Part shown: piece after piece, positions 40,218-50,256 of the stretch
Layout of the letters: each line of letters starts with the position of its first letter
Position numbering within the stretch: the stretch's first letter is position 1
Assembly: GCA_044225365.1 (NCBI GenBank)
Contig: JBGAIQ010000008.1
Span: forward strand, 97,575 to 161,574
Direction of reading: 5' to 3'
DNA: 64,000 nt
DNA from: Planctomycetota bacterium
GTDB lineage: Bacteria; Planctomycetota; B15-G4; JADJEK01
Position numbers and translations under genes: made by a program
Notes under the pieces: generated by a model
The model's database searches: none
What the model was told of the DNA's origin: nothing
Seen by the model: the letters and a program-made list of their open reading frames with translations, nothing else

Positions 40218-40813
40218 GCGCGAGCAACTCGGACTTCATGCGCCTCGTTCACGCTCGACTCACGCGAACGACGCCGCAGATCGCTCCCCCGGCCTCGGTC
40301 CTCTGCGCCCACGCGTCCGTCGCTCTCGTGTTCCGTGAGACCGAACACGGTCCGGAACTCCTCTTCATCGAACGCGCTCTCCGAGAAGGCGATCACTGGT
40401 CGGGGGACATGGCCTTCCCCGGCGGGCGGCGCGACGAAATCGACGCCGATGCGGAAGCCACGGCACGCCGAGAGACGTTCGAGGAACTGGGGATCGTGCT
40501 CGCCGAGCCGCTCGGACGACTCGACGACTTCGACTCCCGGATCTACCGCCGCAACTTCGAGATCGTTGTCTCTCCATTCGTCTTCGCTCATCTTGGGGAC
40601 TCGCGTCTCGTGCTGAGCCACGAAGTCGCTTCCGCCCATTGGATCCGCTTCCATGAACTCGTCGCACCGATTTCCCGCACGACTCTCGAACGCCGCTTCG
40701 GCGCAGGAATCCAACGCCTCCCGGCCCTCGCATTCGGAGAACGACGCATCTGGGGCATGACGTACCACATGCTGAAGGGATTCGCGGAACTCGTCGACAT
40801 CGCTCTCCCGTGA
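40214..40813 (+). CDS. Nudix hydrolase, CoA pyrophosphatase-like
   Basis: HWSGDMAFPGG, ARRETFEELG Nudix box, IWGMT. Confidence 0.9.
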   Translation: MSASNSDFMRLVHARLTRTTPQIAPPASVLCAHASVALVFRETEHGPELLFIERALREGDHWSGDMAFPGGRRDEIDADAEATARRETFEELGIVLAEPLGRLDDFDSRIYRRNFEIVVSPFVFAHLGDSRLVLSHEVASAHWIRFHELVAPISRTTLERRFGAGIQRLPALAFGERRIWGMTYHMLKGFAELVDIALP

Positions 40814-40830
40814 CTCGCCCGGCCCGCATC

Positions 40831-41807
40831 CTTGGAGCGCCGGGCTCTGCCCGGCATCTTCGGACTTCGGGAACGTACCACCGCGGATAGGACAGCACGT
40901 TGGGCGCGCACGGGGAGCTCCGTTCGACTCCGCGCGCGGAGTACCGCGCATGCTGCGCGAACGGACTCCACGATGCGCTTGGACCGCCGGGCTCTGCCCG
41001 GCATCTTCGGACTTCGGGATCGTGCCACCGCGGGAAGGACAGTACGTCGGGCGCGCACGGGGAGCTCCGTTCGACTCCGCGCGCGGAGTACCGCGCATGC
41101 TGCGCGAACGGACTCCCCGATGCGCTTCTTTCCTTTCGAGGGGAAAGGTCAGGGAGGCCCACTTTGAAATGGATCGAGGCGCCTTGCCTGGAGTGCCGCG
41201 GACGGCACCCCAGCCAAGGCTTTCCCCACGTGTCTTCGCGACGAACCTTGTGGAGTAGGTAGGAACACGGTCACCTTGCGCGCCCGTAGCACGGTCCTCT
41301 TTGAAGGCGGCCCAGTTTGCGGGGTCTACCCTGTCGTCGGCGTGCATGGGAACGCGTCGATCAGGGTCGGACCGCCGGGCTCCGCCCGGCATCTTCTTAG
41401 GGCCGCCCGACCAAACCGACGGCAGCGCACTACCGAGTCACTCTGCGACGAACCACGACGAATCCCTACAGCAACCCAACTGTCGAGCGGATCTCGGTAA
41501 TTCGTTCCAGAACGACATGATTGCGTACACGTCGACGAGAGGATGATCGCGTACACGAGAGGTTGTGAGGCAGAGCCTGGCGTTCGATACAGATCAATCC
41601 CCCGGCAGTGCGCCTCGGGGCATTTCGAAATTGCCCCCATGACCCTTCCCCTCGAAAGGACAGAAGCGCATCGGGGAGCCCGACGTGCCGTCCTATCCGC
41701 GGTAGTACGTTCCCGAAGTCCAACGATGCCGGGCAGAGCCCGGCGGTCCGCCATTCACGGTGGTACGTTCCCGAGGTCCGAAGATGCCGGGCAGAGCTCG
41801 GCGGTCC
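40831..41807. repeat. Composite REP/REPIN-like element: 147-bp tandem repeat plus nested long inverted repeats
   Basis: Core GGA(C/G)CGCCGGGCTCTGCCCGGCAT at 40834, 40981, 41369 (+) and ~41727-41749, ~41785-41807 (-); tandem units start at 40831 and 40978. Confidence 0.85.
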
Positions 41808-41917
41808 GGAATATCGTGGCGTGGTCGGCGATCCATGGGTCGGTGGTGAGTCATTTGGGGCTGTGACCTTGTAAGATCCCGCGACTTACCTGACCTGCGT
41901 CCGACGGAGCTCCGCTG

Positions 41918-42877
41918 ATGCGCCGCAATCGCCCTCAGAACGCCGAATCGTCCTTCGACCGTCGTACCTTCCTCGCCGTCGCGGCGGCCGCGCCGTTCGC
42001 GTTCTCTGCTCGGGCGTCGAGTCCGTCCGATGACGCCAAGAAGGACGAGCCGAAGAAGGCGGCCCGCACCTTCTCGATCTCGCTCGCCCAATGGTCGTTC
42101 CACAAGGCGATCAAGAAGGGCGAGATGGATCCGCTCGATTTCGCATCGCGGGCCGCGAAGGACTTCGGCATCCGCGCGATCGAATACGTCAACCAGTTCT
42201 ACTTCGGCAAGATCGCGACCGACGGTTACGTACGAAGCATGAAGCAACGTGCCGACGACAACGGGGTGAAGAGCCAGCTCATCATGTGCGACGGCGAGGG
42301 CATGCTCGGCGACAGCGACAAGGGAAAGCGGGAAGCGGCGATCACGAACCATCACAAGTGGGCCGATGCGGCCGCCTATCTCGGCTGTCACTCGATTCGC
42401 GTCAATGCGATGGGCGACGGCAAGCCGGACGACGTCCAGAAGCGCGTCGCGGAATCCCTCCACGTCCTCGCCGACTATTGCGGCGCGCGGAACCTCAATC
42501 TCATCGTCGAGAATCACGGTTCGTACTCGAGCGACGGCAAATGGGTCGCCGACCTGATGAAGCTCGCCGATCACCCCCGCGTCGGAACGCTTCCCGACTT
42601 CGGAAACTTCAAGCGAGACGACGGCACGTACGCCGACCGCTACGAGGGCGTGCGCCTGATGATGCCGTACGCCAAGGCCGTCAGCGCGAAGTCCTACGAG
42701 TTCGATGACAAGGGCGAAGAAGTTCGCACCGATTATCACAAGATGATGAAGATCGTGCTCGACGCGGGGTACACGGATCACCTCGGGATCGAGTACGAAG
42801 GCGACAAGCATTCGGAGCCCGAGGGCATCCGCCTCACGAAGGCGCTGCTCGAGAAGATCCGCGCCGAAGGAACCTGA
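41918..42877 (+). CDS. Tat-exported sugar phosphate isomerase/epimerase (xylose isomerase-like TIM barrel)
   Basis: DRRTFL twin-arginine; SLAQWS, ENHG, LPDFGNF, SAKS, GIEYEG. Confidence 0.9.
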   Translation: MRRNRPQNAESSFDRRTFLAVAAAAPFAFSARASSPSDDAKKDEPKKAARTFSISLAQWSFHKAIKKGEMDPLDFASRAAKDFGIRAIEYVNQFYFGKIATDGYVRSMKQRADDNGVKSQLIMCDGEGMLGDSDKGKREAAITNHHKWADAAAYLGCHSIRVNAMGDGKPDDVQKRVAESLHVLADYCGARNLNLIVENHGSYSSDGKWVADLMKLADHPRVGTLPDFGNFKRDDGTYADRYEGVRLMMPYAKAVSAKSYEFDDKGEEVRTDYHKMMKIVLDAGYTDHLGIEYEGDKHSEPEGIRLTKALLEKIRAEGT

Positions 42878-44154
42878 TGTCGTCTCCACGATCGTCGCAG
42901 CGAAGCGTCGTGCTCGGAGCCGCTTTCTGGGGCGGACTCCTTCTCGCGGCGACGATCGGCTACGCGCGCCTGCCCTCGGAATCGAAGACTCGCGCGAGCG
43001 ATGCTCTCGGTCAGATTGCGCTCCTCGCGACGCGCGGTGAACCGCGGCACGTGATCGTCTTCCCGAAGGAGTTCCCCTGGCTGCTCGTGGGCGACGGCAT
43101 CTACCGCCGCGACGGCTTCGATCTCCTGCGCGCGGGCGAGATCGTGAAAGTGACCGACGACGCCGAGGGCCGGCGGATCGAGGTGATGTTCGATCCGGCG
43201 ATCGCGGACCGCATCGACAGCCACGCGAAGTTCACCGCATTCTCGTCCGGCGCTTCGATCGCCTGGACCTATCGATCGCTGCTTCCGGAACACGTGCGCG
43301 CGCGGATCACGGCGGAGTGGACCGAGTTCGTCGCCGCGAATCGCCAGCGCCTGACCGAAATCCTGATCCCCCTCGCGAAAGACCTCCTGCACGAGCTCCA
43401 GCCCGTGATCGCCGAGGAGACCGTGGCGGCGCTCGACCGCCATCGCGGCGAGGTCGACGCGATCAGCACGCGCTACCGCGATACCATCCTGAAGCCGCGA
43501 CTCCTTCCGCTCCTGAAGGACGAGATCTGGCCGCTCGTCCTGAAGCACGGCGAGCCCGAGTTGCGCGCGACGGGAGAGGACCTCTGGGCCGCGCTCCCCG
43601 TCTTCGCGATCGCTTGGCAAGGCGTCGCGCAAGAATTCGACTTCTCCGACACCGACCGCGTGAAAGAGCGATTCGACGAGTACCTCGCGAAGGACGCGCT
43701 TCCGATCCTGGATCGACACAGCGATGCGCTCGAGACCGCACTCGTCGAGATCCTGAAGGATGCCGCCGAGGATCCGAAGGTCTCCGTCGCGGTCCGCGAG
43801 TCGATCACCACGCTGCTCTCCGACCAGCAACTCCGCGCCCTCGCGGTCACGCTGATCGACGAGATCGCGCGCGGCGACCGGATCCGCGACACGATCCGGA
43901 AGAGGCTCGAGGAGGACAAGACCGCGGCCGACACGATCGAAACGCTGCGCAAGGACCTCGACGAGCTCGTGCGACGCATCGGTCGCAAGATCGTGTTCGC
44001 CGACGAGACCACCTGGGAGGTCCATCCCGACTTCGCGCGTTTCCTGCGCACTCTCGTCCTCAAGAAGGACCGCCGCTGGGTCTACCTCGAATTCGGCGAC
44101 GGGGGGAAACTCGAGAAGGACGCCGTGATCGTCGGCGCCGTGTCGGCGGACTAA
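42877..44154 (+). CDS. Membrane-anchored protein, possibly a divergent MlaD/MCE partner of the downstream ABC
   Basis: N-terminal TM; L.VGD.I...AGEIVKV beta segment reminiscent of MCE; long helical region; 4-bp gap to the ABC gene. Confidence 0.5.
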   Translation: MSSPRSSQRSVVLGAAFWGGLLLAATIGYARLPSESKTRASDALGQIALLATRGEPRHVIVFPKEFPWLLVGDGIYRRDGFDLLRAGEIVKVTDDAEGRRIEVMFDPAIADRIDSHAKFTAFSSGASIAWTYRSLLPEHVRARITAEWTEFVAANRQRLTEILIPLAKDLLHELQPVIAEETVAALDRHRGEVDAISTRYRDTILKPRLLPLLKDEIWPLVLKHGEPELRATGEDLWAALPVFAIAWQGVAQEFDFSDTDRVKERFDEYLAKDALPILDRHSDALETALVEILKDAAEDPKVSVAVRESITTLLSDQQLRALAVTLIDEIARGDRIRDTIRKRLEEDKTAADTIETLRKDLDELVRRIGRKIVFADETTWEVHPDFARFLRTLVLKKDRRWVYLEFGDGGKLEKDAVIVGAVSAD

Positions 44155-44158
44155 GTCG

Positions 44159-45763
44159 ATGGAGTCGAAGTCGGCACCCCATTCGCCCTTGCTCGTCGCG
44201 CGCGACTTCACCCTGAGGGTGGCCACGAAGCCGCTGCTCGAGAATGCGAACTTCGAGGTCGCGCGCGGGGAGATCGTCCTCCTCGTGGGCCCCTCCGGAG
44301 CGGGGAAGTCGCTGCTGCTGCAGTTGCTCGCATCGGTACTTCGTCCGGGCGAGGGCGAGATCTCCGCGACCGGGACTCTGCAACTCCATGACACCGACGT
44401 TCTGGCGCCGCGCGACGAATCCTCACCCCGCGTGGGGCTCGTGTTCCAGGACCACGCGTTGTTCGACGATCTCACTGCCGCCGAGAATCTCGAGTTCGCG
44501 CTCGATCACGCCGCGATCGCCCGCGGCGAGAACGTGCCGACGCGCGATGAGCGGGAAGCGAAGGTGAAGGCGCTGCTCGACGAATTCGGACTCGCCGGAC
44601 TCCCTCACATCCGTGCGCTCTCCGGCGGGCAACGCCAGCGACTCGCGGTCGCGCGCACACTCGCGCAGGATCCACAACTCATCATCTACGACGAGCCCAC
44701 GACGGGACTCGACCCGGTGAACGCACGCCGCATCGCGGCCCGCATCGACGAGACGCATCGGGCGCACGGCAAGACGTCGATCCTCGTCACGCACGACTTC
44801 GCGGCGCTCGTGCCGATCGTCGACCGCGTCCTGTTGCTCGATCCTCGTTCGCACTCGATTCGCGAGATCGAGAAGGGCGCCGTCGAATCCGAACTACTCG
44901 CTTGCGGCGGCGCGCTCGCGCCGCCGCCGAGCCCGAGTCCGAACGTTGCATCGGCTCCGAAGGAAGGGCGCGTGCGACGTTTCCTGCGCCGCACGGGCGA
45001 CGTCGCGGATTCGACGCTCTTCTGTCTCTCCCACATCGTGCCGCGCTGGGCAGTTCCGCGCTGGGGCGCACGGGCGCTCCTGCATCAACTGCGTCTCGTC
45101 GCATGGCCGTCCGCGATCGCCTACATGGCGATCGCCGGCGTCATCCTCGGGATCGTGACGACGTACTTCACGTTTCGATATCTCCCGATGAAGCACTACA
45201 CGGAGCCGCTGCTCATCGACGAGATCCTCTCCGGACTCGGCTTCCTCCTGTTCCGCGTCCTCGCGCCGAGCCTCGCGACGATCCTCATCGCCGCGCGCGC
45301 TGGAGCCGCCGTGACGGCGGATCTCGGCAATCGCACGTACTCGCGGCAGTTCGACGCCCTGCGCTCGCTCGGACTCGAGCCCGCGAGGTACCACTCGACG
45401 GCCGTGAGCCTCGCGTTCCTCATCGGAACCCCGATCCTCTGCGCGGTCACCTACCTCGTCGCGGCCTACACGTCCGAGATCGTATTCGTGCTGGTCCACC
45501 ATCCGGCGCAGTCGGCATTCTTCTGGAAGATCCATTTCTTCCGCAACTTCGTCGACCCGGAGACCGGCGCGATCGAAGGCTTGGGTTGGACGCTTGCCAA
45601 GGTGGAGACCGCCGGCCTCGGCGTCGGGTTCATCGCCTACGTGCAGGGCGCGAGTCCGAAACGAGCCGGTTCCGACGTCTCGAACGCGATCACTCGCGCG
45701 ATCCTCTGGTCGACGCTCTACGTGCTCGTCGTCCACTCGGCGTTCGCGTTCATCGAGTTCTGA
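44159..45763 (+). CDS. ABC ATPase fused to MlaE-type permease
   Basis: GPSGAGKS, LSGGQRQR, IYDEPT, VTHD; C-half LAPSLATILIAARAGAAVTADLG, FDALRSLG, SDVSNAIT. Confidence 0.9.
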   Translation: MESKSAPHSPLLVARDFTLRVATKPLLENANFEVARGEIVLLVGPSGAGKSLLLQLLASVLRPGEGEISATGTLQLHDTDVLAPRDESSPRVGLVFQDHALFDDLTAAENLEFALDHAAIARGENVPTRDEREAKVKALLDEFGLAGLPHIRALSGGQRQRLAVARTLAQDPQLIIYDEPTTGLDPVNARRIAARIDETHRAHGKTSILVTHDFAALVPIVDRVLLLDPRSHSIREIEKGAVESELLACGGALAPPPSPSPNVASAPKEGRVRRFLRRTGDVADSTLFCLSHIVPRWAVPRWGARALLHQLRLVAWPSAIAYMAIAGVILGIVTTYFTFRYLPMKHYTEPLLIDEILSGLGFLLFRVLAPSLATILIAARAGAAVTADLGNRTYSRQFDALRSLGLEPARYHSTAVSLAFLIGTPILCAVTYLVAAYTSEIVFVLVHHPAQSAFFWKIHFFRNFVDPETGAIEGLGWTLAKVETAGLGVGFIAYVQGASPKRAGSDVSNAITRAILWSTLYVLVVHSAFAFIEF

Positions 45764-45793
45764 GAGATTCCGACAACGAAGACGAGTGCGTTC

Positions 45794-46681
45794 TCAGCGC
45801 ACTCCGATCGAAGCGATCCCCGCGCCGGGACCGACCGCCGGATGGATCTGGAAGCCATAGTTCCCCTCCTGCCAACTCGTGAGTTGGTGCGACCAACGCC
45901 CGCTCGCACTCGTGGCGAGAGTACCGAAGCCCCAGGATCCCGTCGCGCTCCAACCCTGGAGGTTCACCTGGGAGTTCGCCTTCGCCGAGCCCGAGATCGA
46001 GAGCGTGGCGTCGAAGACCTTCGTGAGGTCACTCGTCGCCACGATCAGATCGATCGTCAGCGGGGAATCGGGGTAGCCCGGGTCGAGTTGGTAGGCGGTC
46101 ACCATTCGCTCGATCGGGATCTGCGGCGGGACGAGGTACACGCAGAGACTGAAACCGATCGTGGTGAATCCCTTCTGGATGGAATCGAGTCGAGCACGCA
46201 CCTTCGCGTAGTGCTTCGCGAGGGTGGACTCGACCTTCGTCCGGTAATCGCCGAGCGGGCCCTTCTCACCGTAACGAAAACCCTTCGGCTCGTCCTTCGA
46301 CGGCACGCCGGCGGTGGCGAGCGTGAGCATCGCCTGCTGGACGCCGATCTCCATCTGGCTCGAGCTCGTCGCCACGTCGGCGCGCACGCCGACTTGGAAT
46401 TGTTCGAGCGGAAACACGAGGGAAGACGCGTCGTTCAGGATCGCCGTCCCGTTCTGCAGCTTCTGCTCGACGATCGAGAGGGAGGAATCGAGGACGCCCT
46501 CTCGATTCTTCAGCGAGCTCGCGAGCGTCTTGAGCGCGGCCTTGCTCGCCTTCGCGATCTGCTTCGTGGCGTCGCTCGACGTGCTGGCCGCCGCCGACGG
46601 CACGCCGATACCGCCGACGACGACCAACGCAACGAAGAGGTCGCGAACGACACATGCGAGGAAGCGCAGAGGTACGGACAT
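45794..46681 (-). CDS. Hypothetical secreted protein
   Basis: Signal-like LFVALVVVGG..AAAST; Lys/Ala-rich helical half then beta-rich C-terminus; protein-like composition. Confidence 0.6.
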   Translation of the reverse strand: MSVPLRFLACVVRDLFVALVVVGGIGVPSAAASTSSDATKQIAKASKAALKTLASSLKNREGVLDSSLSIVEQKLQNGTAILNDASSLVFPLEQFQVGVRADVATSSSQMEIGVQQAMLTLATAGVPSKDEPKGFRYGEKGPLGDYRTKVESTLAKHYAKVRARLDSIQKGFTTIGFSLCVYLVPPQIPIERMVTAYQLDPGYPDSPLTIDLIVATSDLTKVFDATLSISGSAKANSQVNLQGWSATGSWGFGTLATSASGRWSHQLTSWQEGNYGFQIHPAVGPGAGIASIGVR

Positions 46682-46826
46682 GACGGTCTCCAGGTAGAGG
46701 GCGGACGAGGGGAAGCCCCCATCCCCGATGAGCGGCCTCCCCATCACCTGGATCCGGAAATAACGCTCCACGACTCGTCCCGAATCGCGGTTGAATCGGC
46801 GGGGTCCGGGTCCACTGCTGAGAGGT

Positions 46827-48155
46827 ATGTTGACGTCATCAGGCCGCCCCCTCCGATCGAGGACCCTCTTGCGCTCCTTTCGCGAAGCAACGCGATCGAA
46901 CGTGGCACGGCTCTGTGGTGGGGTTTTCCTGATCGTTCTCGCGTGCGTCCTCCAGAGAACGATTGGGACTCGGGCCGCGCACGGTTTCGTTCATGTGGTC
47001 CACATCGAACCCGACGCCGAGACGCCGACTTGCACGATGACGATCCTCTGTCATCTCGACGACGAGATTCATCTCGATCACCGGCTTCCCCTTTCACGTT
47101 CGATCTCGGGGTTCGAACGTCTCGTCGCATGCGCGGCCGAATCGGACTCCGTGACGTTCGTTGGCATCCGACCCGGCGACTACCAGCTCTCGTCGCAGCG
47201 GGCGGATACGAACCGCATTCTCACCGAGGAGTTTCACGTCGACGCGAGTGGGTCCGACCGGACCATCGATATGCGTCCACGACGTCAGGTCACGCTTCGC
47301 GGAACGATCGAAGTTCGGAGTCGAGACGAGGCGGAGCCTCCGCAGCGCGTGGCCGATCGCGCGAAGCTCTCCTCGCGGTGCGTACGAATCGACATGGATC
47401 GCCATCACGACGCTGCGGTGGACGCGCGCGGACGCTACGAGTTCGAGCGGGTCCCAGTTCGACCCGGTGAGTCGTTGATGCTGCGAGTGCGTGATGCCTA
47501 CGAACACGATCTCGAGTTCGCGCCCGTCCTGGTGGCGATCCCGGAGGATGCGTCGGTCATCGAAGTGCCACCGTTCGAGGGCTGGCTGGAGCCCGATCCC
47601 GAAAACGGAATCGTCGGGGGCAACGCGACCCAAGGCGACACGGATTCGCTCGAGGAAGGAACCGTCGACTCGCCGTGGCAGGTCGATTCCTACATCGCGA
47701 GTTCCTTCGGCGGAATGCCGGTGACCGATCCCACTGTGGACAAGTCGATGCTCGTCGCTCGTGGAGATGCGGACTGGAGCGATCCTGCCGCTCCCGAGGG
47801 CGGAGTCGTGATCGAGCTCTTCGACAGTCGCGGCCGAGTGCTCGTGCCGCCGACGCTACCGATCTTCATCCGCGGCGCTGGCCCGCACGACCGCAAGTTC
47901 GAGGCCTCCGTCGGCAACACGAATCGGGTCCGTTTCCCGCGAACGTTCGACGCTTCGGGACGATGGACCCTGGATGTCCAGCGAGCGGGGTTCTACGCGG
48001 CGATGGTGACGGTGGACATCGAACTGCCGATCTCACCGGTGGTCACGATGGCCCTTCCGATCCAACTACGAACCGTGACGTTCCGAAGTGCTCGGGCCCT
48101 CGACCTGCGCGAGCCCGAAGGCGACACGTTCTGTTCCGTCGGAAGCGATCACTGA
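46827..48155 (+). CDS. Hypothetical protein with carboxypeptidase-regulatory-like (prealbumin-fold) segments
   Basis: FVGIRPGDYQL, VDARGRYEFERVP, GRWTLDVQRAGF; hydrophobic VFLIVLAC; start uncertain. Confidence 0.5.
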   Translation: MLTSSGRPLRSRTLLRSFREATRSNVARLCGGVFLIVLACVLQRTIGTRAAHGFVHVVHIEPDAETPTCTMTILCHLDDEIHLDHRLPLSRSISGFERLVACAAESDSVTFVGIRPGDYQLSSQRADTNRILTEEFHVDASGSDRTIDMRPRRQVTLRGTIEVRSRDEAEPPQRVADRAKLSSRCVRIDMDRHHDAAVDARGRYEFERVPVRPGESLMLRVRDAYEHDLEFAPVLVAIPEDASVIEVPPFEGWLEPDPENGIVGGNATQGDTDSLEEGTVDSPWQVDSYIASSFGGMPVTDPTVDKSMLVARGDADWSDPAAPEGGVVIELFDSRGRVLVPPTLPIFIRGAGPHDRKFEASVGNTNRVRFPRTFDASGRWTLDVQRAGFYAAMVTVDIELPISPVVTMALPIQLRTVTFRSARALDLREPEGDTFCSVGSDH

Positions 48156-48179
48156 GCTGCTGTCCCATTCGAGCGCTCG

Positions 48180-48779
48180 TCACTTCGCGGCGAGCTTCTT
48201 TGCCCAGTAGTGATCGGCCTTCTTCTTCAGCTTCTCCTTGCCTTCGTCCTGCCACTTCGTGCGGGTATGGGCGAGGAAGCCGTCGTAGAACACGAGCAGC
48301 TTCCCGTCCTGGATGAGGAACGACTCGGGATCGATCTCCACCTTGTCGTCCTTCGCCATCGCGTAGGCGCACCAGCCGCCGTAGGCGGGCTCGAACTTCT
48401 GCGGGTCGTCGACGAACTTCTTCTTGTTGTCGTCGGACACGAAGCGATACAGCACGCCGCGATAGCGGTACGTGATGTCCTTCTTGCCTTCCTTCGGCTT
48501 GCCTCCGCCCTCGTCGCGGTAGGAGACGGGGTCGTAACCCGAGAGCGCGAGGCCGTCCTTGCCGAGATTGAACTGCGAGACGTCGCGCTTCACGTTCGGG
48601 TCCTTGCCGTCGTCGACCGGCTTCTTCGCCTCCTCGGGCGCCGGAGTCGCGGGCGCGTCCGTCTTCTTGCCGTCCTGACCGAGCGCGGTCGCCGTTCCCG
48701 CCGCGTGAAGCGCGAGGATGCAGAGAACACCGTGAAGAAGGACTCGTCTCGGGCATCGGGCTCGGATCATCGAGGTCAT
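48180..48779 (-). CDS. Secreted YHS-domain (seleno)protein family
   Basis: [34 protein letters not shown]; signal peptide. Confidence 0.88.
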   Translation of the reverse strand: MTSMIRARCPRRVLLHGVLCILALHAAGTATALGQDGKKTDAPATPAPEEAKKPVDDGKDPNVKRDVSQFNLGKDGLALSGYDPVSYRDEGGGKPKEGKKDITYRYRGVLYRFVSDDNKKKFVDDPQKFEPAYGGWCAYAMAKDDKVEIDPESFLIQDGKLLVFYDGFLAHTRTKWQDEGKEKLKKKADHYWAKKLAAK

Positions 48780-48981
48780 CGCAGCGCTCCAATCGGAAAG
48801 GGACCCTCGATGGATGCGCGGGCCGTTCTTCCGTTTCTGGGCTTTCGGGAATTGCGAGGCGGATTCCAACGGGGGAATCGCGATCGCCGTACCTGCGCCG
48901 TTGCGTAGATTGCCCGCGCCACCCACCTTCCTTTGGAGTCCCGCCGTGACGTCGATCGCTCGCGCGCCCCGTATCCTCGTC

Positions 48982-50235
48982 ATGAACCTGCTGCTGTCCG
49001 CAGGCACTGCGCTCGGCGGCGAGAGCGTGCTCGTGAAAGCGGGACACCTCATCGATGTGAAGGCGGGCAAAGTCCTCGCGGATCAGGCGATCCTGATCGA
49101 CGGCGATCGCGTGAAGGAGGTCGGTCCCATCACGAGCGTTTCACCGCACGCTCCGGCCGACGCGCGCATCGTCGATCTGACGAAGTCCACGGTCCTGCCC
49201 GGGCTCATCGACTGCCACACCCACCTGCTCGGCGATCCGGAGTCCATCGGCCTCAAGGACTACACGATTTCGATCCCGCGCGCGGCGCTGACGGGTGCGA
49301 AGAACGCGAAGAAGACGCTCGAAGCCGGGTTCACGACCGTGCGCAACGTCGGCGCCTCGGGCTTCGCGGACATCGCCTTGCGCGACGCGATCGACGACGG
49401 CGACGTGCCAGGCCCCCGGATCGACGCCTCCGGTCCCGCGATCGGAACGACCGGCGGCCACGCCGACGGCAATGAACTCGCGCCCGAGCTTCACTTCAAG
49501 GCAGACGGCGTCGCCGACGGCGTGCCCGCCCTCATCGCGAAGACTCGCGAGATCGCGAAGTACGGCGCGAACTGCATCAAGATCGTCGCCACGGGCGGCG
49601 TGCTCTCGAAGGGCGACGATCCACAGGCCACCCAGTTCAGCGACGAAGAGATCCGCGCGGTCGTTGCCGAAGCGCATCGCCTCGGCCGCAAGGTCGCGGC
49701 GCACGCGCATGGCGCGCCGGGCATCCAGCAAGCGGTCAAGGCCGGCGTCGATTCGATCGAGCACGGCTCCTACATCGACGACGAAGCCATCGCGCTGATG
49801 AAGGAACACGGCACGTATCTCGTCCCCACCCTCTACCTGGGGGATTGGCTCCTCGAGAATGCCGAGCGCCTCGGCCTGCCGCAGTACATCCGCGACAAAG
49901 CGAAGGCCGTTCTGCCGATCGCGCGGAAGAACGTCGCTCACGCCTTCGCGTCCGGCGTGAAGGTCGCTTTCGGCACCGACTCCGCCGTGTATCCGCACGG
50001 GCTCAACGCCCGCGAGTTCGCCGTGATGGTGAAGCTCGGGATGACGCCGGTGCAGGCGATCCAGGCCGCGACCGTGAATGCGGCCGACTTGCTCGGGTGG
50101 TCGGATCGCGTCGGCACGCTCGAGCCCGGCCACTTCGCGGATCTCATCGCGGTCGACGGCGATCCGACCGCCGACGTCACGCTGCTCGAGCACGTCCGAT
50201 TCGTGATGAAGGGCGGCGCCATCGTCAAGTCGTGA
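48982..50235 (+). CDS. Amidohydrolase (Xaa-Pro dipeptidase-like)
   Basis: [45 protein letters not shown]. Confidence 0.92.
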   Translation: MNLLLSAGTALGGESVLVKAGHLIDVKAGKVLADQAILIDGDRVKEVGPITSVSPHAPADARIVDLTKSTVLPGLIDCHTHLLGDPESIGLKDYTISIPRAALTGAKNAKKTLEAGFTTVRNVGASGFADIALRDAIDDGDVPGPRIDASGPAIGTTGGHADGNELAPELHFKADGVADGVPALIAKTREIAKYGANCIKIVATGGVLSKGDDPQATQFSDEEIRAVVAEAHRLGRKVAAHAHGAPGIQQAVKAGVDSIEHGSYIDDEAIALMKEHGTYLVPTLYLGDWLLENAERLGLPQYIRDKAKAVLPIARKNVAHAFASGVKVAFGTDSAVYPHGLNAREFAVMVKLGMTPVQAIQAATVNAADLLGWSDRVGTLEPGHFADLIAVDGDPTADVTLLEHVRFVMKGGAIVKS

Positions 50236-50256
50236 CGGGCCCGCACCCACGCGCCG

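Noticed and set aside
40831-41807. CRISPR array
   Set aside because: Units occur in both orientations, intervening sequences are themselves repeated rather than unique spacers, spacing is irregular, and there are no cas genes
40178-41874. ORFs across the repeat region, including a possible RAYT remnant (VYAIM-like words near 41517-41557)
   Set aside because: Translations only mirror the DNA repeats; no HUH or NP motif; too little to call a transposase
48340-48400. Selenocysteine in the YHS protein
   Set aside because: The GGWC codon is TGC (Cys); no in-frame TGA
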